Positions 53,137 through 62,802 of a stretch of DNA of 64,000 bases are shown here, piece by piece. Source of the stretch: Acidobacteriota bacterium (GTDB lineage: Bacteria > Acidobacteriota > UBA4820 > DSQY01); NCBI GenBank assembly GCA_037443845.1, contig JBBINO010000003.1:12489-76488 (forward strand). Reading direction: 5' to 3'. Within the stretch, counting starts at the first letter, position 1; each line of letters begins with the position of its first letter. The position numbers were made by a program, and so were the translations under genes. The notes beneath the pieces were generated by a model. It saw only the letters and a program-made list of their open reading frames with translations, did not search any database and was not told where the DNA came from.

Positions 53137-56100
53137 TCGTTTTTTCCATTGGAAGATGGAACCGGCACGGCCTTGGGCTTCGCCCCTTTTTTTGCCCGCG
53201 GCTTTTCCTTTGGGACGCTCGCCGGTTGTGTGGCTTTCTGCGGAGCCTTTTCCTCCGGCGCTTCAGATGAAGCTGATGACGCGGCCGGAGACTCTTGATT
53301 TTCATCGTTCATGGAAGGCTCTCCAGCACCATTCCCGCCCATGAGCTGGCCGAGCCTCTTCTTGGCGAAATCGCCCTGCACCGTACCCTGGGTTCTTTCC
53401 ACCAGCTCCTTGTAGAGCGCTATCGCGTCGTTCTTTCTCCCCAAGGAGACCATGAGCTCGGCTGCCCGGTAGCGCGCCGTCAGCGCCCACTGAGCGTTCG
53501 ACGAGGCGTAAGCGACCTTCAGATATGCGGCGAGCGCCTCCTCCGATTTGCCCATCAACTCGAGGGTGTACCCGTACTGAAAGCCTATCGCCGCGTCCCG
53601 GAATGCGTCGCGCAGCCGCCCAAGCGCGGCGAGGGCGGGTTCCAGATTCCCGTTCTTCTGGAGCCACAGTGCCACGTCGAACAGCCTGTCCCTCTCGCTT
53701 AAAACCGCTGGCGCGCCCAGGGCGTAGGCGGTCCAGTGGGTCACGGCGTCGTTCTGCTTGCCTTGAATCACCGCGGCTACCCCCGCTTTGTAATCGGCGT
53801 CCAGGATTTGCTCCTGGGTCAAGGCGGGCAGGTCTTTGGCGCCAAGCGCGCTTTCAAATGCGGCCTGCGCGCAAGCCATGTCCCTCATGTGAAAACAGGC
53901 CTCTCCCAAGAGCATATCCCTGCGCGAGCCTTGAGGCGCCGACTTCAGCACCAGGGCCGCCGTGTTCCAGTCACCACGTTTCGCCGCAGCTTCGGCGATG
54001 CCGAGCGACGCTTCCGGGCCGGCGTCGCCGGAAGGAAATCGGTCGAGATACTCCTTGTACGCCGTGGCCGCGCCTTCGGTATCGCCAGCGGCTAGGCGCG
54101 TCCTCGCCTCGCGGAGAAGACCGGCAGACCGCTCCGGGCTCTTGGGCTCGGCCGCCATGAAGGCCGGGATCGCTTGAAGCGCCGCGGCCGGGCCCTGCGA
54201 GGTCAAAAGGGCGACTTCTATTTTGCGCTGCGCGAGAACGGCGAGCGGGTCGTCCGGGCTGGACGAGGCGAGCCTTTGCAAAGTCGAGCTTGAATCGTCG
54301 CTCTTGCCGGCTTCGGCCTGCCATGAAGAAAGCGCCCAAAGGGCGGTCCGGCCGCTTTCGCCCCCGGCCTCCGCCAGGCCTTCCATCAGCGCGACCGCCG
54401 AGTCGTACTTTCCGGCCTTCATCATGGCGTTCGCCAGCCTAAATTTGCCGGCCCGCGCCAAATTGATATCAACGATTTGCTCGAGGGTGGCGGCGGCGTC
54501 ATCAAGGCTGCCGGATTCGATCTGCGCGAGCCCCATTAGAAAGCGGCTCTCATCCCCGCCGGCCGCCGGCTCGCAGCTCTGCCAGTCTTGAAGAAGCGCC
54601 GCCATGGCGGCGGCAGGCCTGCCATCATCGAGCATGATTCGGGCCATGAGCGACGACCTCGTTGATGAATCGGCGCCGCTCAACGGCATCCCTTGCGTCA
54701 AACCGAGCGCACCAGACGCCTCGTCTCCCATTCCCGCGGCGAAGTATGCTTCCGCCAGGCCCACGGCGGCTTGGGCGAATTCAGGCGAATCGGGAAAAGA
54801 CTCCAGGACAACCCGGTACGCCTGCTCCCCTTGCTCATTCGCGCCCTGGGCGGAGCGGATACTTCCCAAGAGGAGGTATGCGCCGGGAATGGATGGAGTG
54901 CCGGGGTGGCCTTTCACCAACTCGGCAAGCGCGGAGATCGCGTCTCCGGAGGCGCCGTGTTCCCAGCCGTACCTGGCGAATGCGAGAAGCGTGGCGGCCT
55001 TTTCAGCTTCGCTGGGCGCGACTTCCCCCGCGAGTGCCAAGTGACGCTTGGCCCTGTCCCAGTCCCTGAGATCATTCCACGCGAGACCAGCGGCCTCCAT
55101 CGCGGCGGCGTACTTCGGCTCTCCGGCGGGGAGGCTTGGCAGCGCCGATTCAAGTTCGTTTAGCGCGCCCACGGCGTCGCCGCGTTCCTTGAGGGAAAGC
55201 GCCAGCCCGAGGTGCGCCTCGTAGGCTATCGGAGAATCGGGCCTGGCCTTGAGGAAGGCCGATGCCGCGGCCCCGGCCTTGCGGTAATCCTCAGCCAGGA
55301 GCGCCTCTCTCAACGGGGCCAGAAGCGCGGCGTCCTCCCAACCTGTAAGAGGCACCGCCTTGCGTGCCATGTCGTACGCTTTGGCATCGTCCCCGAGGCC
55401 ATGGAGCGCCCAAGCCTCAATGAGCATCGCGTCCCTGGCGCTGGCCGTGGCAACCGCCGGCTCTGCCGCCGAAATCGCGGCCTGGTAATCCCCCAGCCTG
55501 TAGTCGCATCCCGCCAGAGCTAGCATCGCCCCGACGCGATCCGCCCCGCCGATCGTGTTCGCGGCCGAAGCAAGCGCCGCTTGGTACTCCGAGCGGGCCG
55601 CCCCGTCGTCGCCGGAAAGAGCGAGGCACTTGGCCAGAAAGAGCAGATCGCCGGCTTCTCTCTGCTTCTCCGGAATCATCTTCAGCGACTGCGCCGCCTC
55701 GGCGGGCTGGTCCATGTCAAAAGCGGCGCGGGCCGAAAGCCGCCTCAGGACGACCACTTCATCTTTGGAAAGGGCGCCGGGCTTTTTCAAAAGAGGCATC
55801 GCATCGGCGGGCCGCTTCAGGTCCAAAAGCGCCCTAGCCTTGGCGAGATTGAGCGCGCCCCTCTCCCGCTCCGGCACCTTGGCCAGCGGCTGCCCCAGAA
55901 GGGCCATCGCTTCCTTGGCTTCGCCCTTCCAGGCCAGTATCTCGCCCAGCCAGCAGGCAACCTGGTCCCTGTTCGCTCCCTGAGGATAGGCTTTTAAGTA
56001 AATTTCGGCCTGAGACTCGGCCGTCTCCGGGGCGCCTTCCTGAATCAGCTTCTTTATCACCTGGAAGTCTTCAGGCTCCGCGGCCTCCGCCTTAATGGTG

Positions 56101-56222
56101 AAAACCAGCGCAACGGCCCACAGCATGAGCACCGCTAGAAATGCGGCGCTACGAGGCGGATTGGTTCTCGTCAAGGTGCAACACCCTTTGGCAGCCTTCG
56201 CAAAAGACGACCTCTTCGCCAT
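53133..56222 (-). CDS. Giant tetratricopeptide-repeat protein with signal/anchor and a Lys-rich C-terminal tail
   Basis: More than 20 TPR-like helical pairs across 1,029 aa, Ala/Leu-rich. Start uncertain: 56222 overlaps the upstream gene by 74 nt; alternative ATG 56126 (MLWAVALVF). Confidence 0.65.
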   Translation of the reverse strand: MAKRSSFAKAAKGCCTLTRTNPPRSAAFLAVLMLWAVALVFTIKAEAAEPEDFQVIKKLIQEGAPETAESQAEIYLKAYPQGANRDQVACWLGEILAWKGEAKEAMALLGQPLAKVPERERGALNLAKARALLDLKRPADAMPLLKKPGALSKDEVVVLRRLSARAAFDMDQPAEAAQSLKMIPEKQREAGDLLFLAKCLALSGDDGAARSEYQAALASAANTIGGADRVGAMLALAGCDYRLGDYQAAISAAEPAVATASARDAMLIEAWALHGLGDDAKAYDMARKAVPLTGWEDAALLAPLREALLAEDYRKAGAAASAFLKARPDSPIAYEAHLGLALSLKERGDAVGALNELESALPSLPAGEPKYAAAMEAAGLAWNDLRDWDRAKRHLALAGEVAPSEAEKAATLLAFARYGWEHGASGDAISALAELVKGHPGTPSIPGAYLLLGSIRSAQGANEQGEQAYRVVLESFPDSPEFAQAAVGLAEAYFAAGMGDEASGALGLTQGMPLSGADSSTRSSLMARIMLDDGRPAAAMAALLQDWQSCEPAAGGDESRFLMGLAQIESGSLDDAAATLEQIVDINLARAGKFRLANAMMKAGKYDSAVALMEGLAEAGGESGRTALWALSSWQAEAGKSDDSSSTLQRLASSSPDDPLAVLAQRKIEVALLTSQGPAAALQAIPAFMAAEPKSPERSAGLLREARTRLAAGDTEGAATAYKEYLDRFPSGDAGPEASLGIAEAAAKRGDWNTAALVLKSAPQGSRRDMLLGEACFHMRDMACAQAAFESALGAKDLPALTQEQILDADYKAGVAAVIQGKQNDAVTHWTAYALGAPAVLSERDRLFDVALWLQKNGNLEPALAALGRLRDAFRDAAIGFQYGYTLELMGKSEEALAAYLKVAYASSNAQWALTARYRAAELMVSLGRKNDAIALYKELVERTQGTVQGDFAKKRLGQLMGGNGAGEPSMNDENQESPAASSASSEAPEEKAPQKATQPASVPKEKPRAKKGAKPKAVPVPSSNGKNE

Positions 56223-56865
56223 AGAGCAAGTCCTGAATCAGCTTGGGGCGAAGGCTCATGAAGCAGCCCTGGCAGATGCCCCCCTTAACGAGGGCCACGG
56301 CCAGCCCGTTTCTCTGCGCCGCGATCGTGTTGTACTTGCGGAACCAGCCGGGATGCAGGGAGGACTGAAGCGCCTGCCGCTCCTTCTTCGCCTCCAGGAG
56401 GAGAGACTCCAGCCGCTGCTGTTCTTTCTTGAGTTCCGAGCGTTCCGCGGCCACCTTTTCTTCGCCCTTTTTGTAAGTCCCCTCAAGCTCGGGGAGATTC
56501 TTGCGAAGCTCTTCGAGACGTTCCATGGCCTTCAGTGAGCGGTCTTCCATCGCCTCCCGCTCCTTCTTCGTCGCGTCTATTTCTCGGAGAAGCGCGCTGT
56601 ACTCTTCGTTCGTTCTTATTTCGGGCATTTTCTTCTTGAGGCCACGCTCTTTTTCTTCCATCTCCTTGAGGCCGGCCTCGGCTCCCCCAGCCCCTTCGAT
56701 TTCGGATATTTCGGCGAGGGCTTTTTCCCATGGCCCCTTCACGTCCTTGATTTTCTCGTCAATCAGCTTGCTCTTTTTCGGGATTTGCTGCAGGTCGTGA
56801 CCGGTCTTGCGGATCGCGAGGTCCAATTGCTGCATCTTCAAAAGCTGGGCGACTATGCTATTCAC
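56149..56865 (-). CDS. C4-type zinc-ribbon coiled-coil protein (COG1579/DUF164-like)
   Basis: Long coiled coil followed by C-terminal CQGCFMSLRPK ... CEGCQRVL zinc ribbon. 238 aa. Confidence 0.6.
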   Translation of the reverse strand: MNSIVAQLLKMQQLDLAIRKTGHDLQQIPKKSKLIDEKIKDVKGPWEKALAEISEIEGAGGAEAGLKEMEEKERGLKKKMPEIRTNEEYSALLREIDATKKEREAMEDRSLKAMERLEELRKNLPELEGTYKKGEEKVAAERSELKKEQQRLESLLLEAKKERQALQSSLHPGWFRKYNTIAAQRNGLAVALVKGGICQGCFMSLRPKLIQDLLYGEEVVFCEGCQRVLHLDENQSAS

Positions 56866-57005
56866 AGAACTCGCTCCTAAGAAAGTCTATCGCCCGAAGA
56901 GGGCTGAATGAATAAGTCCGGCTGGTCGCTCCGCGCGGCCAAAAGACGCCTGGCTCGTGCTCGGAGCCGGGCCCACCCTGGCCAACCCAGTGCAGCGCGG
57001 CGGCG

Positions 57006-57033
57006 AAAAAAAAGGGGCGCGATTTAGCACCCC
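57006..57033 (-). terminator. Rho-independent terminator downstream of tRNA-Met
   Basis: Minus strand GGGGTGC-TAAATC-GCGCCCC, a 7-bp stem, followed by TTTTTTTT. Lies 60 nt after the tRNA 3' end. Confidence 0.6.
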
Positions 57034-57092
57034 TGTTGCGTTCGATTTTTGTCAAGTGCCCGAGCCTTTTGCGCACGGACGCCCCTTTCTTT

Positions 57093-57168
57093 TGGTGGGC
57101 CCTCCAGGATTCGAACCTGGGACCAACCGGTTATGAGCCGGTGGCTCTCACCGCTGAGCTAAGGGCCC
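57093..57168 (-). tRNA. tRNA-Met (anticodon CAT), elongator-type
   Basis: Reverse complement folds as a cloverleaf: acceptor GGGCCCT/AGGGCCC plus encoded ACCA, D-arm GCTC-AGCGGTGAGA-GAGC, anticodon arm CCGG-CTCATAA-CCGG, T-arm with GGTTCGAATCC. G1:C72 pair and a non-initiator anticodon stem. Confidence 0.85.
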
Positions 57169-57183
57169 CCAGCCGTTTGGTTA

Positions 57184-57211
57184 TATTAACATAAGTCGCC
57201 TCTTGGGCGCA
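57184..57211 (-). promoter_or_regulatory. Sigma-70-like promoter of tRNA-Met
   Basis: Minus strand TTGCGC - 16/17 nt - TTAATA, about 15 nt upstream of tRNA position 1. Confidence 0.35.
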
Positions 57212-57231
57212 AATCTTGCTGCAACTAATCT

Positions 57232-57882
57232 TCATGCCCGTTTTCCCGGATATGGGCACCGCCTGGCCAAAGGGCACTCGCGGCACTTCGGGGCCGCGGG
57301 AAGGCACACCTCCTGTCCGAACGAAACCAGCAGGCCGTTGACCGGCATCCACCACTTTTTGGGCAAGATCCTCCTGAGAAGTTGTTCCGTCTCATCGGGG
57401 CCGGCCGTTTGCACGAAACCCCACCAGTTGAGGATTCTGTGCACGTGAGTGTCAACGCAGATGCCCTCTTTGCCGAAGCCCTCTATGAGCACGAGATTGG
57501 CCGTCTTGCGGCCAACCCCGGGCAAGGCAAGCAGTGGTTCCAGCTCATCCGGCACCATCCCGCCGTGTCGCGCGAGCAGCCTCTCGCAGATCGCCTTGAG
57601 CGATCTAGCCTTGGTCTTGTAGAAGCCAACCGGGCGGATCGCGTTTTCGAGCATTTCGATAGGCAGGGAAACGATGCCACTGGGAGTCCGGGCGAGCTTC
57701 CAAAGGCTGTCGAAGGCCCTCGACGTCACCGCGTCGCGAGTCCTTAAAGAGAGGATGGTGGCCACCAGGACCGCGAAGGGGTCGCTAAGCTCCTCCTTCA
57801 CGCGGCCAACCACCGGCTCCTTCCGGCCCTTCTTCCAGCGCGACACGACGCCAAGAAAAGAGCCTAACTGCCGCGCCGTCAT
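57232..57882 (-). CDS. nth: Endonuclease III (DNA glycosylase/AP lyase)
   Basis: HhH-GPD motif LPGVGRKTANLVL, catalytic Lys/Asp, C-terminal 4Fe-4S loop CLPAAPKCRECPLARRC. Start taken at ATG 57882 (MTARQLG, 216 aa); the longest ORF (58044) overlaps the upstream gene. Confidence 0.8.
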   Translation of the reverse strand: MTARQLGSFLGVVSRWKKGRKEPVVGRVKEELSDPFAVLVATILSLRTRDAVTSRAFDSLWKLARTPSGIVSLPIEMLENAIRPVGFYKTKARSLKAICERLLARHGGMVPDELEPLLALPGVGRKTANLVLIEGFGKEGICVDTHVHRILNWWGFVQTAGPDETEQLLRRILPKKWWMPVNGLLVSFGQEVCLPAAPKCRECPLARRCPYPGKRA

Positions 57883-57992
57883 CGCCTTGGCTGGCAGCTT
57901 CCATCTCTTTCGCTCTGAAGCCGGCAACGAAAGCTCCGAGAGGCGCGCCCCCGGCGATGCCGGGGGCGCTCTCTTGCTTGAAAGCGTAATGG

Positions 57993-59246
57993 CTATTTCT
58001 TCTGGTTCGCCAACGGCTCCAGCGCCTGGATCGCGGCCTGCCACTGGCCGGCGTCAGAAGCGTCGGGTTTCATCTTCAAGTACGTTTTAAGGTGGCTTAC
58101 GGCGCCGGCGTAGTCACCCGTCTGAGCGAGGCAGCGGGCGAGCTCACGGTGGGAGTCGGCGTCCTTCGGATCATCCTGAATCGCTTTCTGGAAAAGCGCC
58201 GCCGCCTTCTTTGCGTCGCCGGAGTTGAGAGCTTCCACGCCCTTGTTGTAGTTTTCGGCCGTCACCTTGCCGCCAAGCGCGACGTACTGTTTTTTATAAT
58301 CCTCCGCCTTCTTTGCACCACCCGTGTCGGCGGCCAGGCGCGCCATCACGCCGACGACTTCAACTTCTCCAGGGTAGGCCTTATTGTATTCTTCAAAGGC
58401 CGCGAGGGCGTCAGCCGACCGGCCAAGCTTGTCCAAGCATTGCGCCTTTATGAGAAGGACGGGCTTTTTAATGGCCTCATCGTTGGATTTCAGTGCCTCG
58501 CCGGCTTTCCCTAAAGCCCCCTCGTAATCGCCAAGGTTGTAGAGGTCGCGCGCCTCCTGTGCGGGCGTGGGGCCCTGCTGCATGGAGGCCGATTCCTGCT
58601 TCTTGGACAAGTCGAAATCAATCTTGAGGGCACCGAGTTGCGGGATGGTTATCATCTGCACGTATGGTGGTTGTCCCTGCTGCTCCAGCGAAAGCTTGTA
58701 GCCTTTGCTTGAAAACGGCAGGTTCTTCAGTTCATACTCGCCCTTGCTATTCGTGCTGGCCGAGAAGCTCTTGGCCTCGTCGTCCATGTCACCCGCCGTT
58801 ATTTTCGCTCCCACGATTGGCTTGCCCGACGGATCCCTTGCAACGCCTTGAAAAACAGACGTTTTTCTAAGGTCGATTTTCAAAAAATTGATCTCGCTCA
58901 GCATGATCTTTCGCTGGCCCGAATCATCCGCTTTGAGATCTTGGTCGCCCGGCAGGATAAAACGCACGACTTTCGCTCCGTTATAGTCAACGGTGAATCT
59001 GTAACCTTTCGTGGAGTAATTGATGCCAGTGCCCATGAACTCGCCATGGTCATCCGTATTGCCTTCGTAGTGGTTCAGCTCGTTGGAAAGATCCACCAGC
59101 GAAGCGCTGGCCCCTTTTAGCGGGCTCCCGTCAGGCGCAATCACCTGGATTTCAAACCCCTTGATGATTTGCGCTTGCGCGGCGACGGCCAAAAAGCAGG
59201 CCAGCCCGGCCACGATTCCCCACGTTGCAATTTTCTTCGCGCTCAT
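57993..59246 (-). CDS. Secreted protein with carboxypeptidase-regulatory-like beta-sandwich repeats and C-terminal TPR repeats
   Basis: Signal peptide MSAKKIATWGIVAGLACFLAVAAQAQ (RBS AAAGGGGAGAAG). Repeated GxxVxGAKI/T beta-sandwich-like blocks, C-terminal TPR helices. Confidence 0.6.
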   Translation of the reverse strand: MSAKKIATWGIVAGLACFLAVAAQAQIIKGFEIQVIAPDGSPLKGASASLVDLSNELNHYEGNTDDHGEFMGTGINYSTKGYRFTVDYNGAKVVRFILPGDQDLKADDSGQRKIMLSEINFLKIDLRKTSVFQGVARDPSGKPIVGAKITAGDMDDEAKSFSASTNSKGEYELKNLPFSSKGYKLSLEQQGQPPYVQMITIPQLGALKIDFDLSKKQESASMQQGPTPAQEARDLYNLGDYEGALGKAGEALKSNDEAIKKPVLLIKAQCLDKLGRSADALAAFEEYNKAYPGEVEVVGVMARLAADTGGAKKAEDYKKQYVALGGKVTAENYNKGVEALNSGDAKKAAALFQKAIQDDPKDADSHRELARCLAQTGDYAGAVSHLKTYLKMKPDASDAGQWQAAIQALEPLANQKK

Positions 59247-59271
59247 GGTTCTTCTCCCCTTTCTATGCCTT

Positions 59272-60930
59272 CTATCGCGTCCCTTCAAGAAACGCCTTCA
59301 GGTGGCGGCTCCTGGAGGGAAGTTTTCTCAACGCCTTGGCTTCGATCTGGCGAATGCGCTCGCGCGTCACCGCGAAGGCCTTTCCGACCTCTTCAAGCGT
59401 GTGCTCCGCGTCGTAGCCGAGCCCGAACCTCATCTGAATCACCTTGGATTCCCGCTCGGGCAGCTGGCGCAGAAGCTCGTTGATGTGCTCCTTCCTGTCC
59501 TCGCTTATGACGTGTTCCATCGGCGACGGCTTCTCCTGGTCTTCGATGAAATCGCCCAAGTGGCTGTCTTCCTCTTCGCCTATCGGAGTTTCAAGCGAAA
59601 TCGGCTCCTGGGCTATCTTGAGTATCTTGCGGACCTTGGGAACGGTTATCCCCATTCTCTCGGCCACTTCCTCCGGGGTCGGCTCCCGCCCGATCTCCTG
59701 GACCAGCGTGCGCATCGTCTTGAAGAGCTTGTTGATCGTCTCGATCATGTGGACCGGTATTCTTATCGTGCGGGCCTGGTCGGCGATGGCCCGCGTTATG
59801 GCCTGCCGTATCCACCAGGTCGCGTAGGTCGAGAATTTGTATCCGCGCCGGTATTCGAACTTCTCGACCGCTTTCATCAGGCCGATGTTTCCCTCTTGAA
59901 TGAGGTCGAGGAACTGGAGCCCGCGGTTGGTGTATTTCTTGGCAATCGAAACTACGAGCCGGAGGTTGGCCTGGATCAGGTCGTTCTTGGCGTTCTCCAT
60001 CTCCATTTCGCCCCGGCTTATCAGGGAGGCTATGTGCTGGACCTCCTCGATCGAGGAGCCCATCTTGGCTTCGATCTCCTTCATGCGGCCCTTGATCTCG
60101 TGGATGCGCTTGGCAATCTCCGCCTGTTGGGCCTTGGACGAGGTCTTTTCCTTCCGCCTGTGAAGCCTCTTCATCGTCATTTCGAGAGCCTTGGCTTCCT
60201 GGTTGGCGTATTTGAAGGAGTTCATCATTTCGTTGATGAACCGGGTCGTCAGCTCGAGGCACCGGATGCGCTGCGTGAGCTCGACGTAGAGGCGGCTGAT
60301 CGCCCACCTGAGCTGGCGCGCCCGCTTAGTGGTGGGGCTGGTGAGCTTTACGAGCCGCCTGCTTAGGTCCTCGACGGCGTCCTGAATCTCGCTTATTCTC
60401 TCTATGATAGTTATCTGGGCCTTGACCCGCTCGATGATCTCGTCCTCGTCGTCCACGTCCTCGAAGAAGGAGAAGTACCGGTCCGCCTTGGAGGCGTCCT
60501 CCTTCAGCTCCTCCCCGATGCCGAGTATGAGCCGGGCGGCGTAGCGCGAGCGGGAGAGCGCCTTGATCATGACCTTCTTGCCGCGCTCGATCCTCTTGGC
60601 TATCCGGACCTCGCCCTCCCTGTTCAGGAGCGGGGTCTGGCCCATGTCCCTGAGGTACATTTTCACCGGGTCGTTGGTCCGCTCCAGGTCTGGGTCGAAA
60701 GCTATCGCTCCCCGCGCCGGGATGACGGGATAAGCCGGCGGCTCTTCCGATGGAGGCTCTTTTTCGAGGACGTCAATCCCCTCGTCGTCCAACATCTGGA
60801 AAAGGAGGTCCATGCCCTCGCTGGAGTGAAAATCAGACGGGAGGAGGTCGTTGATCTCGTCGTAATTGACGAAACCCTTCTTGCGGGCATACGCGACAAT
60901 CTCTAGAAACTCGTCAAGCCGTTCTTCCAT
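59272..60930 (-). CDS. rpoD: RNA polymerase sigma factor RpoD (sigma-70)
   Basis: Regions 1.1-4.2 present: ... [41 protein letters not shown] (region 2) ... region 4.2 [30 protein letters not shown]. Confidence 0.9.
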   Translation of the reverse strand: MEERLDEFLEIVAYARKKGFVNYDEINDLLPSDFHSSEGMDLLFQMLDDEGIDVLEKEPPSEEPPAYPVIPARGAIAFDPDLERTNDPVKMYLRDMGQTPLLNREGEVRIAKRIERGKKVMIKALSRSRYAARLILGIGEELKEDASKADRYFSFFEDVDDEDEIIERVKAQITIIERISEIQDAVEDLSRRLVKLTSPTTKRARQLRWAISRLYVELTQRIRCLELTTRFINEMMNSFKYANQEAKALEMTMKRLHRRKEKTSSKAQQAEIAKRIHEIKGRMKEIEAKMGSSIEEVQHIASLISRGEMEMENAKNDLIQANLRLVVSIAKKYTNRGLQFLDLIQEGNIGLMKAVEKFEYRRGYKFSTYATWWIRQAITRAIADQARTIRIPVHMIETINKLFKTMRTLVQEIGREPTPEEVAERMGITVPKVRKILKIAQEPISLETPIGEEEDSHLGDFIEDQEKPSPMEHVISEDRKEHINELLRQLPERESKVIQMRFGLGYDAEHTLEEVGKAFAVTRERIRQIEAKALRKLPSRSRHLKAFLEGTR

Positions 60931-62647
60931 GGAGCCCCCGTACTTCTTCTACAACAGCCATCATTTCGCGGTTCAAAACCTCTACGAGCCGTTCGTCCTG
61001 CCTTTGGCCGGCGTCCTCGATCTGGCGGCGGATGCGCCGCTGCTTTTCCAGAAGGTGTTCGGCCAGAAGGCTCCTCACCGCCGAGCGGAAAGCTTCCAGC
61101 GACGGCGCCTCGTGGCAGGAGTTGTCAATGAACGCGAGCATCTTGAGACGGGCGGGGTCGCCCGGCTCGGCCCCGCGGGCCAGATCTTCCAGCAGGGGAG
61201 CCACCGAGAGAGACTGGCTCAGCTCCTCCGGGAGCTGGGCGCACAGGGCGGCGCCCTCTTTCGGATAGCGGCGCAGCCCTTTGACCAGCATCTGTTCGTT
61301 CACCGGAATCTTCAAAAGTTCGGCCGGCGCCTTTTCCTCGGCCTGTTCCTTGTTCCCTCTCGTCTTTTCTCCGAGCCTTCTTATCACCATGTTCGGGTCG
61401 AGGCCGGCCCTTCCGGCCGCTTCCGAGGCGAATTCCTGCCGCGCCAGCGGGTCTGGGACCGCGGCGAGATACTCCGAAAGCGAATCCACGAATGCCACTC
61501 GTCCTTCCACGCTTCCTAAGACCGCTTTCGCCTGGGCCTGTTCCACCAGAAAGCGGAAGAAGGGGACGGCCTCCGCCACGCGCCGCCGGTAAGTCTCGGC
61601 TCCAGCCCTCTTGATGCATTCATCGGGGTCCTTGCCTTGTGGAAACGTGGCCACCCTGATGGAGAGCGAATGGCCGAGAAGAACCGGCACGGCCCTCTGC
61701 GCCGCCGCGAGGCCCGCGGGATCGCCATCGTAGCTGAGGATGACTTCTTTGGCGTACCTGCCCAGGAGCGCGGCCTGGCCGCTGGCCAGGGCGGTGCCGA
61801 GCCCGGCGACCACGTTGGTGACTCCGGCTCCGTGCGCGGCCACGAAATCCATGTAGCCTTCGACCAGGACCGCCTGCCCCTTCTTTCGTATCTCCTCCTT
61901 GGTCCAGCAGAGGCCGAAAAGCACGTCTCTCTTCTGAAAAACAGGCGTCTCCGGGGAATTCAGATACTTGGGCTCCTGCCCGTCAATCGCCCTTCCGCCA
62001 AACCCGGCGGTGCGCCCCATCGGGTCCTTGATGGGAAAGAGCAGCCGGTTGCGGAAACGCTCGGCGCGCCCGCCCTGTTCCCTCTCGATGACGAGGCCGC
62101 ATTCCGCCGCCTCTTCCGGAGTGAATCCATCGCCCGCCAAGTGGTTCATCAGGCCGCCGCCCGGCGGGGCATAACCGAGTGAGAAGGCTTCTTCCTGTGC
62201 CGGGCCGAGCCCCCGTTCTTCCATGTAGGAGCGAATGGGGCTCCCCTTCTTTTCGGCCTTCAGCGCCAACCTATAGTATTTCTCCGCCGAGGCGAGCGCC
62301 TTGCGGAGTCTCTCCTTTCTGTCCGGAGCGCCGGGCACCGTCCCCTGGCGGCCGGCGGACAGGGACAACGTGACCCCAGCCCGGCTGGCGAGGATTTCGA
62401 GCGCCTCGCCGAAAGAACACCCTTCGACATCCTGAAGGAACCGGAGCAGATCCCCGCCCTTGTGGCACCCGAAGCAGTAAAAGAGGCCAGTCTCCTGGTC
62501 CACAGAAAACGACGGCGTCTTTTCCCGGTGGAACGGGCACAACCCGACGCTTCGCTTGCCCTTGCGGGCAAGCCTGACGTACTCTCCATAAACGCCGATG
62601 GGGTCAACCAGGTTCTTGAGTTCCTGGACGCTATTTACGGATGCCAT
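60914..62647 (-). CDS. dnaG: DNA primase
   Basis: N-terminal zinc-binding domain [13 protein letters not shown] ... [15 protein letters not shown] domain (EGYMD ... DGDPAG). 577 aa. Immediately upstream of rpoD as in the classic macromolecular-synthesis operon. Confidence 0.9.
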   Translation of the reverse strand: MASVNSVQELKNLVDPIGVYGEYVRLARKGKRSVGLCPFHREKTPSFSVDQETGLFYCFGCHKGGDLLRFLQDVEGCSFGEALEILASRAGVTLSLSAGRQGTVPGAPDRKERLRKALASAEKYYRLALKAEKKGSPIRSYMEERGLGPAQEEAFSLGYAPPGGGLMNHLAGDGFTPEEAAECGLVIEREQGGRAERFRNRLLFPIKDPMGRTAGFGGRAIDGQEPKYLNSPETPVFQKRDVLFGLCWTKEEIRKKGQAVLVEGYMDFVAAHGAGVTNVVAGLGTALASGQAALLGRYAKEVILSYDGDPAGLAAAQRAVPVLLGHSLSIRVATFPQGKDPDECIKRAGAETYRRRVAEAVPFFRFLVEQAQAKAVLGSVEGRVAFVDSLSEYLAAVPDPLARQEFASEAAGRAGLDPNMVIRRLGEKTRGNKEQAEEKAPAELLKIPVNEQMLVKGLRRYPKEGAALCAQLPEELSQSLSVAPLLEDLARGAEPGDPARLKMLAFIDNSCHEAPSLEAFRSAVRSLLAEHLLEKQRRIRRQIEDAGQRQDERLVEVLNREMMAVVEEVRGLHGRTA

Positions 62648-62802
62648 TTACCCTCGTGCGAAGTCCCTTGTACCATCCGGCGCGCGGCCCCGTGCAGCCT
62701 GGCCGGCGCAAAAAGCCCTTTTCGTGGTGAGGCGGGAGCTTTTTGGCCTCGCGCCTTTGGTAATGTAATGCTTCATTGTTCTTCGTGCAACCCGCTAACA
62801 AA

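Noticed and set aside
57093-57168. Initiator tRNA-fMet identity for the CAT tRNA
   Set aside because: Positions 1:72 form a G:C pair instead of the C1 x A72 mismatch, and the anticodon stem lacks the three consecutive G:C pairs. It is therefore an elongator tRNA-Met or a tRNA-Ile2 precursor.
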